Below are positions 17,658-25,866 of a stretch of 26,400 bases of DNA, one piece after another (positions within the stretch are counted from its first letter, which is position 1; each line of letters begins with the position of its first letter). The DNA is from a virus. Position numbers and translations under genes: made by a program. The notes beneath the pieces were generated by a model. It was given only the letters and a program-made list of their open reading frames with translations. It was not told the origin of the DNA and did no database searches. The DNA lies in UHGV virus genome UHGV-0369576. One strand, given 5' to 3'.

Positions 17658-18013
17658 GCGCACTCCAGTTCTGTGATTTTTATCCCCAGCCGACCACCAG
17701 GAACAGGCAGTCCGCGCACAATATTGATTTCATCAAACTGCTCGTCGTCTATGAGAAGTCCGGCATGCGTCAGCGCATCCAGTGGTGCCTTCAGGATATT
17801 GTCCAGGTCGCGGCGGCGCTTATCCGGTGGCTCTGCAATAATTTTTATTGCCAGCCTTCCGGACAGGTTTAATTTCAACCGCTGCTGGCGAACAATTAGT
17901 GCCACATCACGGCGATAACGCTCACCGACTTTTGATACAAAATATGTGTTGCCACGACGTCGCCAGTAAGTATTCACCGTCGGCGGATAAGGCAAAACAA
18001 ACTCTATACGCAT
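17654..18013 (-). CDS. rusA: RusA Holliday junction resolvase
   Basis: 119 aa, LPYPPTVNTYWRRRGN...RRRDLDNILKAPLDAL, RusA-family motifs. Confidence 0.85.
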   Translation of the reverse strand: MRIEFVLPYPPTVNTYWRRRGNTYFVSKVGERYRRDVALIVRQQRLKLNLSGRLAIKIIAEPPDKRRRDLDNILKAPLDALTHAGLLIDDEQFDEINIVRGLPVPGGRLGIKITELECA

Positions 18014-18025
18014 CAGTAACCTCTT

Positions 18026-19147
18026 TTACCCGAGCACGCCGGTTGCAAAGGCGTGATCAAGAAAACGAAAAATTAAATCAACCTGGGAACCATGCTTTTC
18101 TTCGAACGCCAGCGGATCCGCATGAAGTTCGTTGTGATGTTCCCGGCACAACGGTAGCGTGAAAATATCGTGGGCCTTTGTTCCCATCCCTCCCTGACCG
18201 TGACCAATCAGGTGATGGGGATCGTCGGCTGGCTGACCACAACACGCACACGGCTGTGTCTTCACCCAGCGCGTATATTTCTCATTTAGCCAACGGCGAC
18301 GTTTAGGTCGCCTCATGAAAGATTCCGGAGACTCCGGATCAACGGTGATGCATACCACCGTCTTTTCCTGTGGTGGGTTCTGTTGCTGGTGGGCATGAGG
18401 CAACGGCGCAAGATTTTTTGTGCGCTGCTTCAGTATGCTGGTGGCGGTCTGCTCTCCCGGTACGATGTCGCTTTCGCGGTACAAGGAGCGGATTTTTTCC
18501 GCACGTACCCCCAGAGAACGACGTAATACTGCCTCCGGAAGCGCGTCCGCCACCTGATTGCAGACCGCCCACCAAGATAATTCAGCCAGCGACAATTCCC
18601 GCTCCTGCGTGCCATTCATTGCATGGCGTATGACGTCAATCATCCATGCTGACAGGTTTTGATGAGCAAGTTGCCCGAGTGATTCGGATGTCTGGTCACG
18701 CAACTGGTTGTCGCAGTGCCAGCACAACACCATCGCGCTGGTACCGTAACGATGTATGACGATTTCACTGTGATGATAGTCACCATGAGGCCACTGGCAG
18801 GATTTGACATGACGCAACAGCCAGTCAGACAGCGCCCCAGCGCCGCCAGCAGCACGAATCACCCGCTCATCGCTGAAAAATGGCAGTAATGATTTATCCT
18901 CCGCCAGCGGCTGGCGAACGGCAGGGACGACTCCGGACGGCAGACCGCGCATGCTTTTCGGTTCAGGCTCCACCAGCACTCGAGGGTTATGAAATACTTG
19001 CATGGATTCACGGCCCGGCCTAAGGACCACCAGCCCGAGTTCCGGTACCAGAACAGGTCGAAGTAATATCCGCACGTTACCTCCAGATCCGTTGCTGGTA
19101 TGTGCGGGATGGGCGCGGTGGGCGTTCGGAATAAGGGAGCCTGACAT
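18026..19147 (-). CDS. DUF968-family protein with C-terminal Cys/His-rich (HNH-like) region
   Basis: C-terminal CACCGQPADDPHHLIGHGQGGMGTKAHDIFTLPLCREHHNELH; start uncertain (19147 or 19003). Confidence 0.6.
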   Translation of the reverse strand: MSGSLIPNAHRAHPAHTSNGSGGNVRILLRPVLVPELGLVVLRPGRESMQVFHNPRVLVEPEPKSMRGLPSGVVPAVRQPLAEDKSLLPFFSDERVIRAAGGAGALSDWLLRHVKSCQWPHGDYHHSEIVIHRYGTSAMVLCWHCDNQLRDQTSESLGQLAHQNLSAWMIDVIRHAMNGTQERELSLAELSWWAVCNQVADALPEAVLRRSLGVRAEKIRSLYRESDIVPGEQTATSILKQRTKNLAPLPHAHQQQNPPQEKTVVCITVDPESPESFMRRPKRRRWLNEKYTRWVKTQPCACCGQPADDPHHLIGHGQGGMGTKAHDIFTLPLCREHHNELHADPLAFEEKHGSQVDLIFRFLDHAFATGVLG

Positions 19148-19355
19148 AGATTATCCAGTGACGATAATCGAGGCTGAGGGCTTTCTTAATCTCGTATCCG
19201 CGTCTGCGATAGTTATGAATTAGCCATTCGGCCTGTTCTTCAGTACATGGGTCATGCTGGAACCAGTCAGATTTGAAAGTGCGGGAACGCCGCCCGTGCC
19301 TGCTGGCAAAGACGGCAGAATCATCAGAATTGTGTAATTTGGTATCGTGCGCCAT
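19077..19355 (-). CDS. Hypothetical basic protein (92 aa)
   Basis: ATG at 19355 downstream of a terminator; overlaps the DUF968 ORF if that starts at 19147. Confidence 0.4.
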   Translation of the reverse strand: MAHDTKLHNSDDSAVFASRHGRRSRTFKSDWFQHDPCTEEQAEWLIHNYRRRGYEIKKALSLDYRHWIIYVRLPYSERPPRPSRTYQQRIWR

Positions 19356-19426
19356 CGGTTGTCTCTGCTGGCGCAGCAGGTGCCAGTTGTTCAGGCTGGC
19401 GTGCGAATTGTAAACCAGAATGCCAG

Positions 19427-19452
19427 GAAAAAACAAAACCCGCCGAAGCGGG
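19427..19452 (-). terminator. Intrinsic terminator
   Basis: cccgc-cgaa-gcggg stem followed on the minus strand by ttttgtttttt. Confidence 0.55.
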
Positions 19453-19651
19453 TATGCTAAAACAAACTGAAAGTAATATACCGGACTTGTAAAGGAACGA
19501 TAGAATAATTATTGGATTAAACCCTGACTCAATCCAGATTTCATAGACAACAACTACGGACTAATCATCACAGTCATGTTTGATAGACTTAGTCCACATT
19601 GGGTGAGGGTTTACGGCGTTTTCACTAATAATTTATCGTCCAAGCTATACA

Positions 19652-20044
19652 CTACTGCCCTGTTTTAACGAAGTTTTTAAAGGAAACAACTGCCTGATAG
19701 GGGTTTGGTTGACAGCCAAACATATTATCGCAAAAAGGCTTGATGAAAATTCTTGAGGATCCATCTTCATTTGGCATTTTACTCACTTGATAAGCGAGGA
19801 ATGGACTATTTGGAGAGGGATTATAAGTGGAAATTAGCGTGTCTGTCGCCGTTTGAATTTTCCATGAGGAATTATTAGCCAACCAGAATTGCGCTCGTTT
19901 CCAATAAAAGTCACATTGCTTTTCATCATTACATGTTAGTGGCTTCATTGCTTCTGCTTTCAACGCTGGATCGATCTTTGCTGCACACCCTCCCAACATT
20001 ACTGTTGCAATCATTACACCTGCGACTAAAACAAGTTTCTTCAT
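19652..20044 (-). CDS. Lipoprotein (130 aa), AT-rich moron
   Basis: Signal peptide MKKLVLVAGVMIATVMLGGC with lipobox LGGC; six further Cys; low-GC gene bracketed by terminator hairpins. Confidence 0.65.
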   Translation of the reverse strand: MKKLVLVAGVMIATVMLGGCAAKIDPALKAEAMKPLTCNDEKQCDFYWKRAQFWLANNSSWKIQTATDTLISTYNPSPNSPFLAYQVSKMPNEDGSSRIFIKPFCDNMFGCQPNPYQAVVSFKNFVKTGQ

Positions 20045-20099
20045 CTCCCTGCCCCATCAATAAAAGTTCGGTTCTCTAATAACTAGAGTTAATCAACGG

Positions 20100-20120
20100 A
20101 AAAAACGCCGAAGCGGGTTA
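20100..20120 (-). terminator. Weak terminator-like hairpin with T-run
   Basis: Degenerate copy of the ccgc-cgaa-gcgg hairpin preceded on the plus strand by aaaaaa. Confidence 0.3.
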
Positions 20121-20187
20121 AGTGCGGGTGCGTTGAGGATGCCTGACACATCAGAGGTGGCGAGGGATTTCTCCCCCGCCAGGTCTC

Positions 20188-20343
20188 TTACTCCTCAGGT
20201 TCGTAAGCTGTGAAGACAGCGACCTCCGTCTGGCCGGTTCGGATTCGTACCTCGCAGAGGTCTTTCCTCGTTACCAGTGCCGTCACAATGACGGTTAAAC
20301 AGATGACGATCAGGGCGATTAACATCGCCTTTTGCTGCTTCAT
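20188..20343 (-). CDS. hokD: Hok-family type I toxin (HokD/RelF-like)
   Basis: 51 aa, MKQQKAMLIALIVICLTVIVTALVTRKDLCEVRIRTGQTEVAVFTAYEPEE; single TM helix and conserved Hok C-terminal region. Confidence 0.8.
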   Translation of the reverse strand: MKQQKAMLIALIVICLTVIVTALVTRKDLCEVRIRTGQTEVAVFTAYEPEE

Positions 20344-20579
20344 AGCCTGCTTCTCCTTGCCTTTCGGCACGTAAGAGGCTAACCTAGATTTGCCGTTCAT
20401 AGATTGAGCCTCAGATTAATGTTAAGCGTCTTGCAGGACGCGTAATGTTAACTGGGGCTTTTCTCTATCTGCCTTTGGTGTTCATGCCTGAGACAGATAG
20501 CCTCAAGCACCCGCAGCCATTCTACTTAACTCCCGTTACCTCGCCAATATAAAATCAATCAGAAAGGTGATCCATAAAA

Positions 20580-21266
20580 TCACTCCTTCTCTTCTTTTCC
20601 GTAGTGGAGTTGGCCAATTTTGATAAGAGGGCGTCCCTGAGATTTGCGGTGTAGATTGGTATCGCGCAGAGAATACACACAGCCACAATATTCCTGCTGA
20701 TAGAATTTTTCGCGCTTGCTGATTTCAATCATACGGGACGAGCCGCCCTGCTTGCGCCAGTTATAATCCCAGTACACCATACCCGGATAATGCGCAACAG
20801 CTCGCCGCCCACACTCGTTAACCTGCTGCATATTTTTCCAGCGTGAAATGCCCAGTGAACTGCTGATCACACTGAAACCATTTTCAGCAGCGTACAACGC
20901 TGTCCGCTCAAAACGCATGTCAAAACACATGGTACAACGGATCCCCCTCTCAGGCTCCCATTCCATTCCTTTGGCACGTTCAAACCAGTTGTCGGTGTCG
21001 TAATCAGCATCGATAAACGGCACGCCGTGTTGTTCAGCAAAGCGAATATTTTCATCCTTACGAATTAAATACTCTTTCTGAGGATGAATGTTCGGGTTGT
21101 AGAAAAAGATGGTGTAGTCGATTCCCGAGGCCTGAAGCGCCTCCATCACTTCACCGGAACATGGAGCACAGCAAGAGTGCAGTAGTAGTTTGTTTGCCCC
21201 GTTTGGGAGCTCCAATTTAGGCCGTTTGAAATCAGCAATAGTCATAAATATTTTTATTGGGGTCAT
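20580..21266 (-). CDS. Cys-rich DUF208/QueH-like protein (putative epoxyqueuosine-reductase family)
   Basis: N-terminal [14 protein letters not shown] motif plus further Cys clusters (CTMCFD, EYCGCVY); family assignment from memory of the motif only. Confidence 0.45.
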   Translation of the reverse strand: MTPIKIFMTIADFKRPKLELPNGANKLLLHSCCAPCSGEVMEALQASGIDYTIFFYNPNIHPQKEYLIRKDENIRFAEQHGVPFIDADYDTDNWFERAKGMEWEPERGIRCTMCFDMRFERTALYAAENGFSVISSSLGISRWKNMQQVNECGRRAVAHYPGMVYWDYNWRKQGGSSRMIEISKREKFYQQEYCGCVYSLRDTNLHRKSQGRPLIKIGQLHYGKEEKE

Positions 21267-21419
21267 GAAAATAGCACAGAGTGTAGCATCAGAGCAGGTC
21301 TATCGGGAATATATGTCTAAATCTGGTAATATCTGGTTTTGACGCAAAGCGGACAACCACGCTGGCTCTACCCTGCGCCATGAAAATGTCAATTCACATC
21401 TGAACTAATGCTCTTTAAT

Positions 21420-21845
21420 CTAGTAACGTCTAAAATACCTAACATTTCCTTGATAAAATGCCAGTACACGCTGCATAGCTTCGCTCTTCCGGCACTCGCG
21501 ACAGATTATATTCAGGCGCCTGTCGTAGCGGCGTATTTCGCCGTCTGGTAACGACCAGATAAGGTCCGGATCAACCACTGCAGGTTTCTTCACCTTTGCC
21601 CTTGAGAGTTTTTTGCGAGCATTTTGCCAGTCCTTACGCGCCTGTTCAGACGGGAATAACCCGTAACCAGAGTTGTATACATCGCCACTGGCAACCAGCT
21701 CTCTGGCGAGAACACTCATCAGATATCTTGTCGCACCTGTCCTGGCTTCCAGTTGCCGCAACGTCTCGCGACCGCTCAGACGTACAAGTTCAACAACCTG
21801 CCCTTTAATTTTTTCCCGCTCTTCTTGTGTAAATACTTTTGCCAT
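21420..21845 (-). CDS. Hypothetical protein (141 aa), possible HTH
   Basis: ATG at 21845 with GGAGG SD, coupled to the upstream gene; basic C-terminus. Confidence 0.45.
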   Translation of the reverse strand: MAKVFTQEEREKIKGQVVELVRLSGRETLRQLEARTGATRYLMSVLARELVASGDVYNSGYGLFPSEQARKDWQNARKKLSRAKVKKPAVVDPDLIWSLPDGEIRRYDRRLNIICRECRKSEAMQRVLAFYQGNVRYFRRY

Positions 21846-21860
21846 AAGCGCCTCCGGCAA

Positions 21861-22631
21861 TCACTTTTCCGATACAACACGGCGGGAAGAATCAGTAATC
21901 TGTCGAACAATATCCCGGTGCTTGTTCAGCTCCCGCAGCGCGGCGCAGACTCGCTCCCACTTCTGAACATCACTTTTCGCCCTGCGCAGCGCCAGGTTTG
22001 CCCTGCGAAGGGACGGAAAAATCAGCTCATCTGCTTGCGTTTCGGTAAACGATGGCAACGGCTGCACAATGTCCGCCACAGTTTCTGTTTTAATTTCTTC
22101 CTGTGTTGCGGCTTCCCGGACTGGTAACGCAGCACCTGCTGGCTGAGGAAAGGCCTTACCATCACTTTCCGTTACCAGCGCGGCTTTCGGCTCTGCTGGT
22201 AAATTATCGCCCGGCATGCAGTAACGAAATTTACCGTTCTGATTAACGCGTGCCAGCCGCCCCGTTGCGGTTACCACCGCCAGCGTGGAAGCAACCTTGC
22301 GAGTACTGACACCGAACTTACCCGCCAGTTCCTCACACGTTTTAGCCCCATCCTGACCGATAAACTCAATCATCATGTCTGCGGTAACTTTTTGTTCGAC
22401 CTCCCCGGTCAGCATATCCTGTGCTTCAGATTTTACTGGCCGCTCTTCGGTTACCCGGGATTCACCTTCGCCAGCCAGAAACCAGGTGTGACCAGTTTTA
22501 TCAACGACGCCTTTTCTTTTGAGTTCCCACAGCTCGTTGACAGCCTCTTCACGACTGATTCCAAGGCGAGCTGCCACCACATGTGAAGAGGCTTTTTTCA
22601 GTGCTTTCAGTGCGTCAGATACGGTTTCCAT
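21861..22631 (-). CDS. Hypothetical protein (256 aa) with two winged-helix-like repeats
   Basis: Internal repeat AARLGISREEAVNELWELKRKGVV versus LAGKFGVSTRKVASTLAVVTATGRLARV; sits after the replication genes. Confidence 0.45.
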   Translation of the reverse strand: METVSDALKALKKASSHVVAARLGISREEAVNELWELKRKGVVDKTGHTWFLAGEGESRVTEERPVKSEAQDMLTGEVEQKVTADMMIEFIGQDGAKTCEELAGKFGVSTRKVASTLAVVTATGRLARVNQNGKFRYCMPGDNLPAEPKAALVTESDGKAFPQPAGAALPVREAATQEEIKTETVADIVQPLPSFTETQADELIFPSLRRANLALRRAKSDVQKWERVCAALRELNKHRDIVRQITDSSRRVVSEK

Positions 22632-22652
22632 TAAAATTTCCTCCGGACAAAA

Positions 22653-23399
22653 TTACTTCACAACCCTCATATTGCTGACATTTGGACGCCAGCTATCCCA
22701 GTTAAACGTCACCCATCGACCACCGTTCATGGTCATGCGGTCCATAATCCTCTCACCAAGAAGCGTACTCATTGCGGCATGATTCAGGTTTGTTAACATC
22801 CCGACACTGCACAGTGATGCTGTCCGGCGATCAATTATCTGGTGCAATACCACCTGCTCGTTTTTCGTCTCCCGCTGAACGCCTATTTCATCCAGGACCA
22901 GCAAATCAACCCCGCAAAGCTCCTGTAAAAATTTTTCCCCGGATTTGCCGTTGTCGTAGCTGTCATGCAACACGCTCATGACGTCAGACACGGTGACGAT
23001 AATCACGCTGCGCCCCTTCACCATCAGCCGGTTGCCCATCGCCGCTGCAAGGTGATTTTTCCCGGTGCCGGTTTTACCGCTGAACACAAAATTCGTGCAC
23101 CCGGTCATCAGTTCGTCAGCTATGGATTTGGCCTGGCTCAGCGCGTATTTTTGCCCGTCGTTCTGCACCTGATAATTTGCAAACGAGCATTTGCTGTGCA
23201 GAGGCTGGATGCCCGAACGATTCAGGATTTTTTCCACCCGCAACTGGCGATTCTGGCGGTTAATCTCCTCGCTGCGTTTTCGTCCTTCAGCAAGTTGCCA
23301 TTCCCGCCACTCCTCCACCGTCCGGTACGGTGGAACCGACCCCTGTGGTGCAAGTCTGCGAATACGTTCAAGAACCCCAACTGCCGCAATGTTTTTCAT
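22653..23399 (-). CDS. DnaC-like replicative helicase loader (AAA+ ATPase)
   Basis: Walker A GKTGTGKNHLAAA and Walker B LLVLDEIG. Confidence 0.85.
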   Translation of the reverse strand: MKNIAAVGVLERIRRLAPQGSVPPYRTVEEWREWQLAEGRKRSEEINRQNRQLRVEKILNRSGIQPLHSKCSFANYQVQNDGQKYALSQAKSIADELMTGCTNFVFSGKTGTGKNHLAAAMGNRLMVKGRSVIIVTVSDVMSVLHDSYDNGKSGEKFLQELCGVDLLVLDEIGVQRETKNEQVVLHQIIDRRTASLCSVGMLTNLNHAAMSTLLGERIMDRMTMNGGRWVTFNWDSWRPNVSNMRVVK

Positions 23400-23405
23400 G
23401 ACACG

Positions 23406-24368
23406 TCACCCCCTGAATCCCGGCGGTATTTCAGTGTCCGGTTCAGAAATGTGATTCACGCAACGCTGCGCAGGCGAACGCCCCAGGCGGATAACCAGTT
23501 CATCCCATTTTTCCCGGAGTTTTGCCGGACTCATGATGTTTTTTACCCAGAACGAATCCCGCTGGAGACGCCCAAACATTTCACAAATTTGTCTGTGAGT
23601 TCTGCCATCCAGCATCCGCATTGTGCGAACGTCATTGGCCCATGCTGTCCAGTTGGGTTCTTTCGGTCTAGTGATCTCGCCATCATAGCTGGCCGCCTGC
23701 TCGTAAAGACTCACGATTCGTCCCCAGATCCACTGTGCGCACACCAAATCTTCCTGACTTCCCCACTGGCGTTTTTTCGCACTGAACACAACCGCGTCAG
23801 GGTGTCGGGTTAAAAAATCCTGTTCAGCCGTCTGCGGGTCCGGTTGCGAAGCGTCCGGACAAGAAGATCTTTTATCTGACGGATCAGGTTTTAATACTGA
23901 CGGATCGGGGTCAATCATCGCCCCCCTAATCGGCAGTTTTTTATCAACAGTTGATCCATCAAAATTTGACGGGTCAACCGTTGAGGGGTCAATATTTGAC
24001 GGGTCAACTGTTAACGGGTCATTTTTTGCCGGGCTAATTTTTCTTTTCGGTTTATATGACTCACGCGCCGCCGCCGCAGCTGCTTCGAGTTTTTCCACAT
24101 TAAGCCGATAGATATTGCTTACATTACGCCCACCGACCTTACGCTCTTCCTTCGTCAGCCAGCCCTCTTTCGCCAGTTCTGCAATAGCCGATTTCACTGT
24201 GGATTCACTTCTTGCACCGATCTGACGCCGGATAGTTTCAATGGCAGGCCATGACACGCCCTCGTCATTGCTGTAGTCTGCAAGACGGGCCATAACCGCC
24301 ACCCTGGATAAGATCATGCCGGTGAAGGCGCACCCTTCCCAGACAAGACCATGAAGCTTGCTGCTCAT
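23406..24368 (-). CDS. Replication initiator (lambda O-like) with N-terminal HTH
   Basis: Position upstream of the DnaC-like gene; contains an internal iteron array; start at ATG 24368 (GGGGG SD), track ORF extends to GTG 24383. Confidence 0.65.
   Translation of the reverse strand: MSSKLHGLVWEGCAFTGMILSRVAVMARLADYSNDEGVSWPAIETIRRQIGARSESTVKSAIAELAKEGWLTKEERKVGGRNVSNIYRLNVEKLEAAAAAARESYKPKRKISPAKNDPLTVDPSNIDPSTVDPSNFDGSTVDKKLPIRGAMIDPDPSVLKPDPSDKRSSCPDASQPDPQTAEQDFLTRHPDAVVFSAKKRQWGSQEDLVCAQWIWGRIVSLYEQAASYDGEITRPKEPNWTAWANDVRTMRMLDGRTHRQICEMFGRLQRDSFWVKNIMSPAKLREKWDELVIRLGRSPAQRCVNHISEPDTEIPPGFRG
23951..24025. repeat. Iteron array (about five 15-bp direct repeats), putative replication origin
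   Basis: ttgacgggtcaaccg / ttgaggggtcaatat / ttgacgggtcaactg / ttaacgggtcatttt plus degenerate copies upstream, followed by an AT-rich stretch. Confidence 0.6.
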
Positions 24369-24390
24369 AAAACCCCCGAACACCGTGCTT

Positions 24391-24816
24391 TTAGTGCATC
24401 ACCACAGCATTCCCTGCCGGGCCGCCGCGATTCATCTGGTCATACAAAACAACCGCTGACGCAACAAAATCATCGACATCCTTCACCAGCCGATCCCTCC
24501 GTTCGACGATCTCACGGTAATATTCAGAACTGTGGCTGCGCATACGGGCCACCAGCAAAGGCGGCATCGCCTTTTCGATCGCCGGTAACAGAGCCTGCAT
24601 TTTTTCAACAGCATCAGGGGTGTCTTTCTCTACCCAGCGGAAAATTTTCTGGGTATTGCGAGCCAGGGCTTCCGGATGGCTGTCGTCATACAGTTCTGGG
24701 AACGTCATACCCAACTCAAAATAAGCCTGGGTTATTCCAGCTGCTGGAACTTTTTCGCCATCAGGACGCGCCCAGGCATTCATCGCCATGCGGATGTGTT
24801 CATGCTTGATTTTCAT
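24391..24816 (-). CDS. YdaT-like protein in the cII position
   Basis: 141-aa ORF downstream of the Cro-like gene with AGGAG SD; family call from memory of Rac prophage gene order. Confidence 0.5.
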   Translation of the reverse strand: MKIKHEHIRMAMNAWARPDGEKVPAAGITQAYFELGMTFPELYDDSHPEALARNTQKIFRWVEKDTPDAVEKMQALLPAIEKAMPPLLVARMRSHSSEYYREIVERRDRLVKDVDDFVASAVVLYDQMNRGGPAGNAVVMH

Positions 24817-25081
24817 GAATCAAGCTCCTAGAAAGTGGTTGTGTTAACGTTTTGGTATCTTCCAGCTCGGGCCAAATATTCATCCAATCAAAAGGCCTTA
24901 GTTGCTGACGTGTAACTTCACCATTACTGGCTCGCTCAATAAGGACACATAACGATGCCCCTAACACTTGACCTTTACTCAATGCCTTTCTTAGATAACC
25001 GATGCTGGTACCACACTCGCATGCAAACATACGCTGTTCATCTGACGAAAGAGAATTGAGAAATATTCTTAATTCTTCCAT
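24800..25081 (-). CDS. Cro/YdaS-like HTH regulator
   Basis: 93 aa; HTH-like CGTSIGYLRKALSKGQ; divergent from the repressor; AAGGAG SD. Confidence 0.6.
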   Translation of the reverse strand: MEELRIFLNSLSSDEQRMFACECGTSIGYLRKALSKGQVLGASLCVLIERASNGEVTRQQLRPFDWMNIWPELEDTKTLTQPLSRSLIHENQA

Positions 25082-25104
25082 AGCTACTCCTTAGTAAACA
25101 CAGC

Positions 25105-25150
25105 AAAGAATACCCACAGGTAAACAAAAGTCAATACCCACAGGTTGTTT
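25105..25150. promoter_or_regulatory. Right operator region with PR-like promoter for the Cro-like gene
   Basis: Two copies of TACCCACAGGT(A/T) at about 25111 and 25135; minus-strand TTGACT, 16 nt, TATTCT with an operator inside the spacer. Confidence 0.55.
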
Positions 25151-25181
25151 ACCTTGCGGTAATCGCATCTATTATTTACCT

Positions 25182-25601
25182 ATGGACAAATATGAATTTA
25201 GACGACAGCAACTCATCAAAATTCGTGATGAGAAATGCGATGGTAAAGCGGTTAACGTGGCCAGAAAGATCGGGCGCGAGCCTTCTTATGTATCAAGAAT
25301 GTTGTACCCAGAGGGGAAAAAGGGAAAAAAACGGATCGCTGATGATATGGTGGAGATTATCGAAGAGTCCTTTGGGTTACCCCGGGGATGGATGGATGGT
25401 ATCGTTTCATCATCAACGAACACAGCCTCCAGTTATGAAACAAGGGTTCTAACGCCACGACAACGTATTTTTTTAGATCTCTTAGACGAACTGCCAGAAA
25501 GTGAAGCGGATAAATTATTAAAAACTCTTGAAGAGAAAAAACAGTATTACAATATGATCTACGAAGAAATCCGTAAAAAGAAAGCACAAAACGCATCATA
25601 G
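25182..25601 (+). CDS. Prophage repressor (HTH, no LexA-type cleavage domain)
   Basis: 139 aa; HTH-like AVNVARKIGREPSYVSRML; divergent from the Cro-like gene; flanked on both sides by the same palindromic operators. Confidence 0.7.
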   Translation: MDKYEFRRQQLIKIRDEKCDGKAVNVARKIGREPSYVSRMLYPEGKKGKKRIADDMVEIIEESFGLPRGWMDGIVSSSTNTASSYETRVLTPRQRIFLDLLDELPESEADKLLKTLEEKKQYYNMIYEEIRKKKAQNAS

Positions 25602-25639
25602 CTCACCAAACAACTAGTCACCAGTTAAGACACCGCAAA

Positions 25640-25685
25640 AATTTACCCATGGGTATTTACTTTTTAAATACCTATGGGTATCCTT
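25640..25685. promoter_or_regulatory. Left operator region with pL-like promoter
   Basis: Perfect palindrome TACCCATGGGTA at about 25644 and TACCTATGGGTA at about 25669; TTTACT, 17 nt, TATCCT on the plus strand. Confidence 0.5.
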
Positions 25686-25866
25686 CTTTTCATACCAACC
25701 CACCCCGCCCCACAGAATGCAGGGCAATACTTCGAGTTACCAGGCAGTGGTCAGGGGTTAAGTAGCCAGCCCGAGGCGTAAGAACATGACGGCAGGGTTC
25801 AACTTTAATAACTATGCAGCAGGTTTTTGTTCCGCTACCCCGGCGTTAAGGGGAAATGAGGTCAAC

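Noticed and set aside
20188-20400. 70-aa extended form of Hok starting at 20400
   Set aside because: The upstream extension starts at a TTG with no SD; the 51-aa form from ATG 20343 matches Hok family length.
22965-23813. 282-aa plus-strand ORF
   Set aside because: Antisense to the DnaC-like and O-like genes, His/Arg/Pro-rich low-complexity translation.
23880-24060. CRISPR array
   Set aside because: The repeats are 15 bp, contiguous with no spacers, lie inside a coding gene and match initiator iterons.
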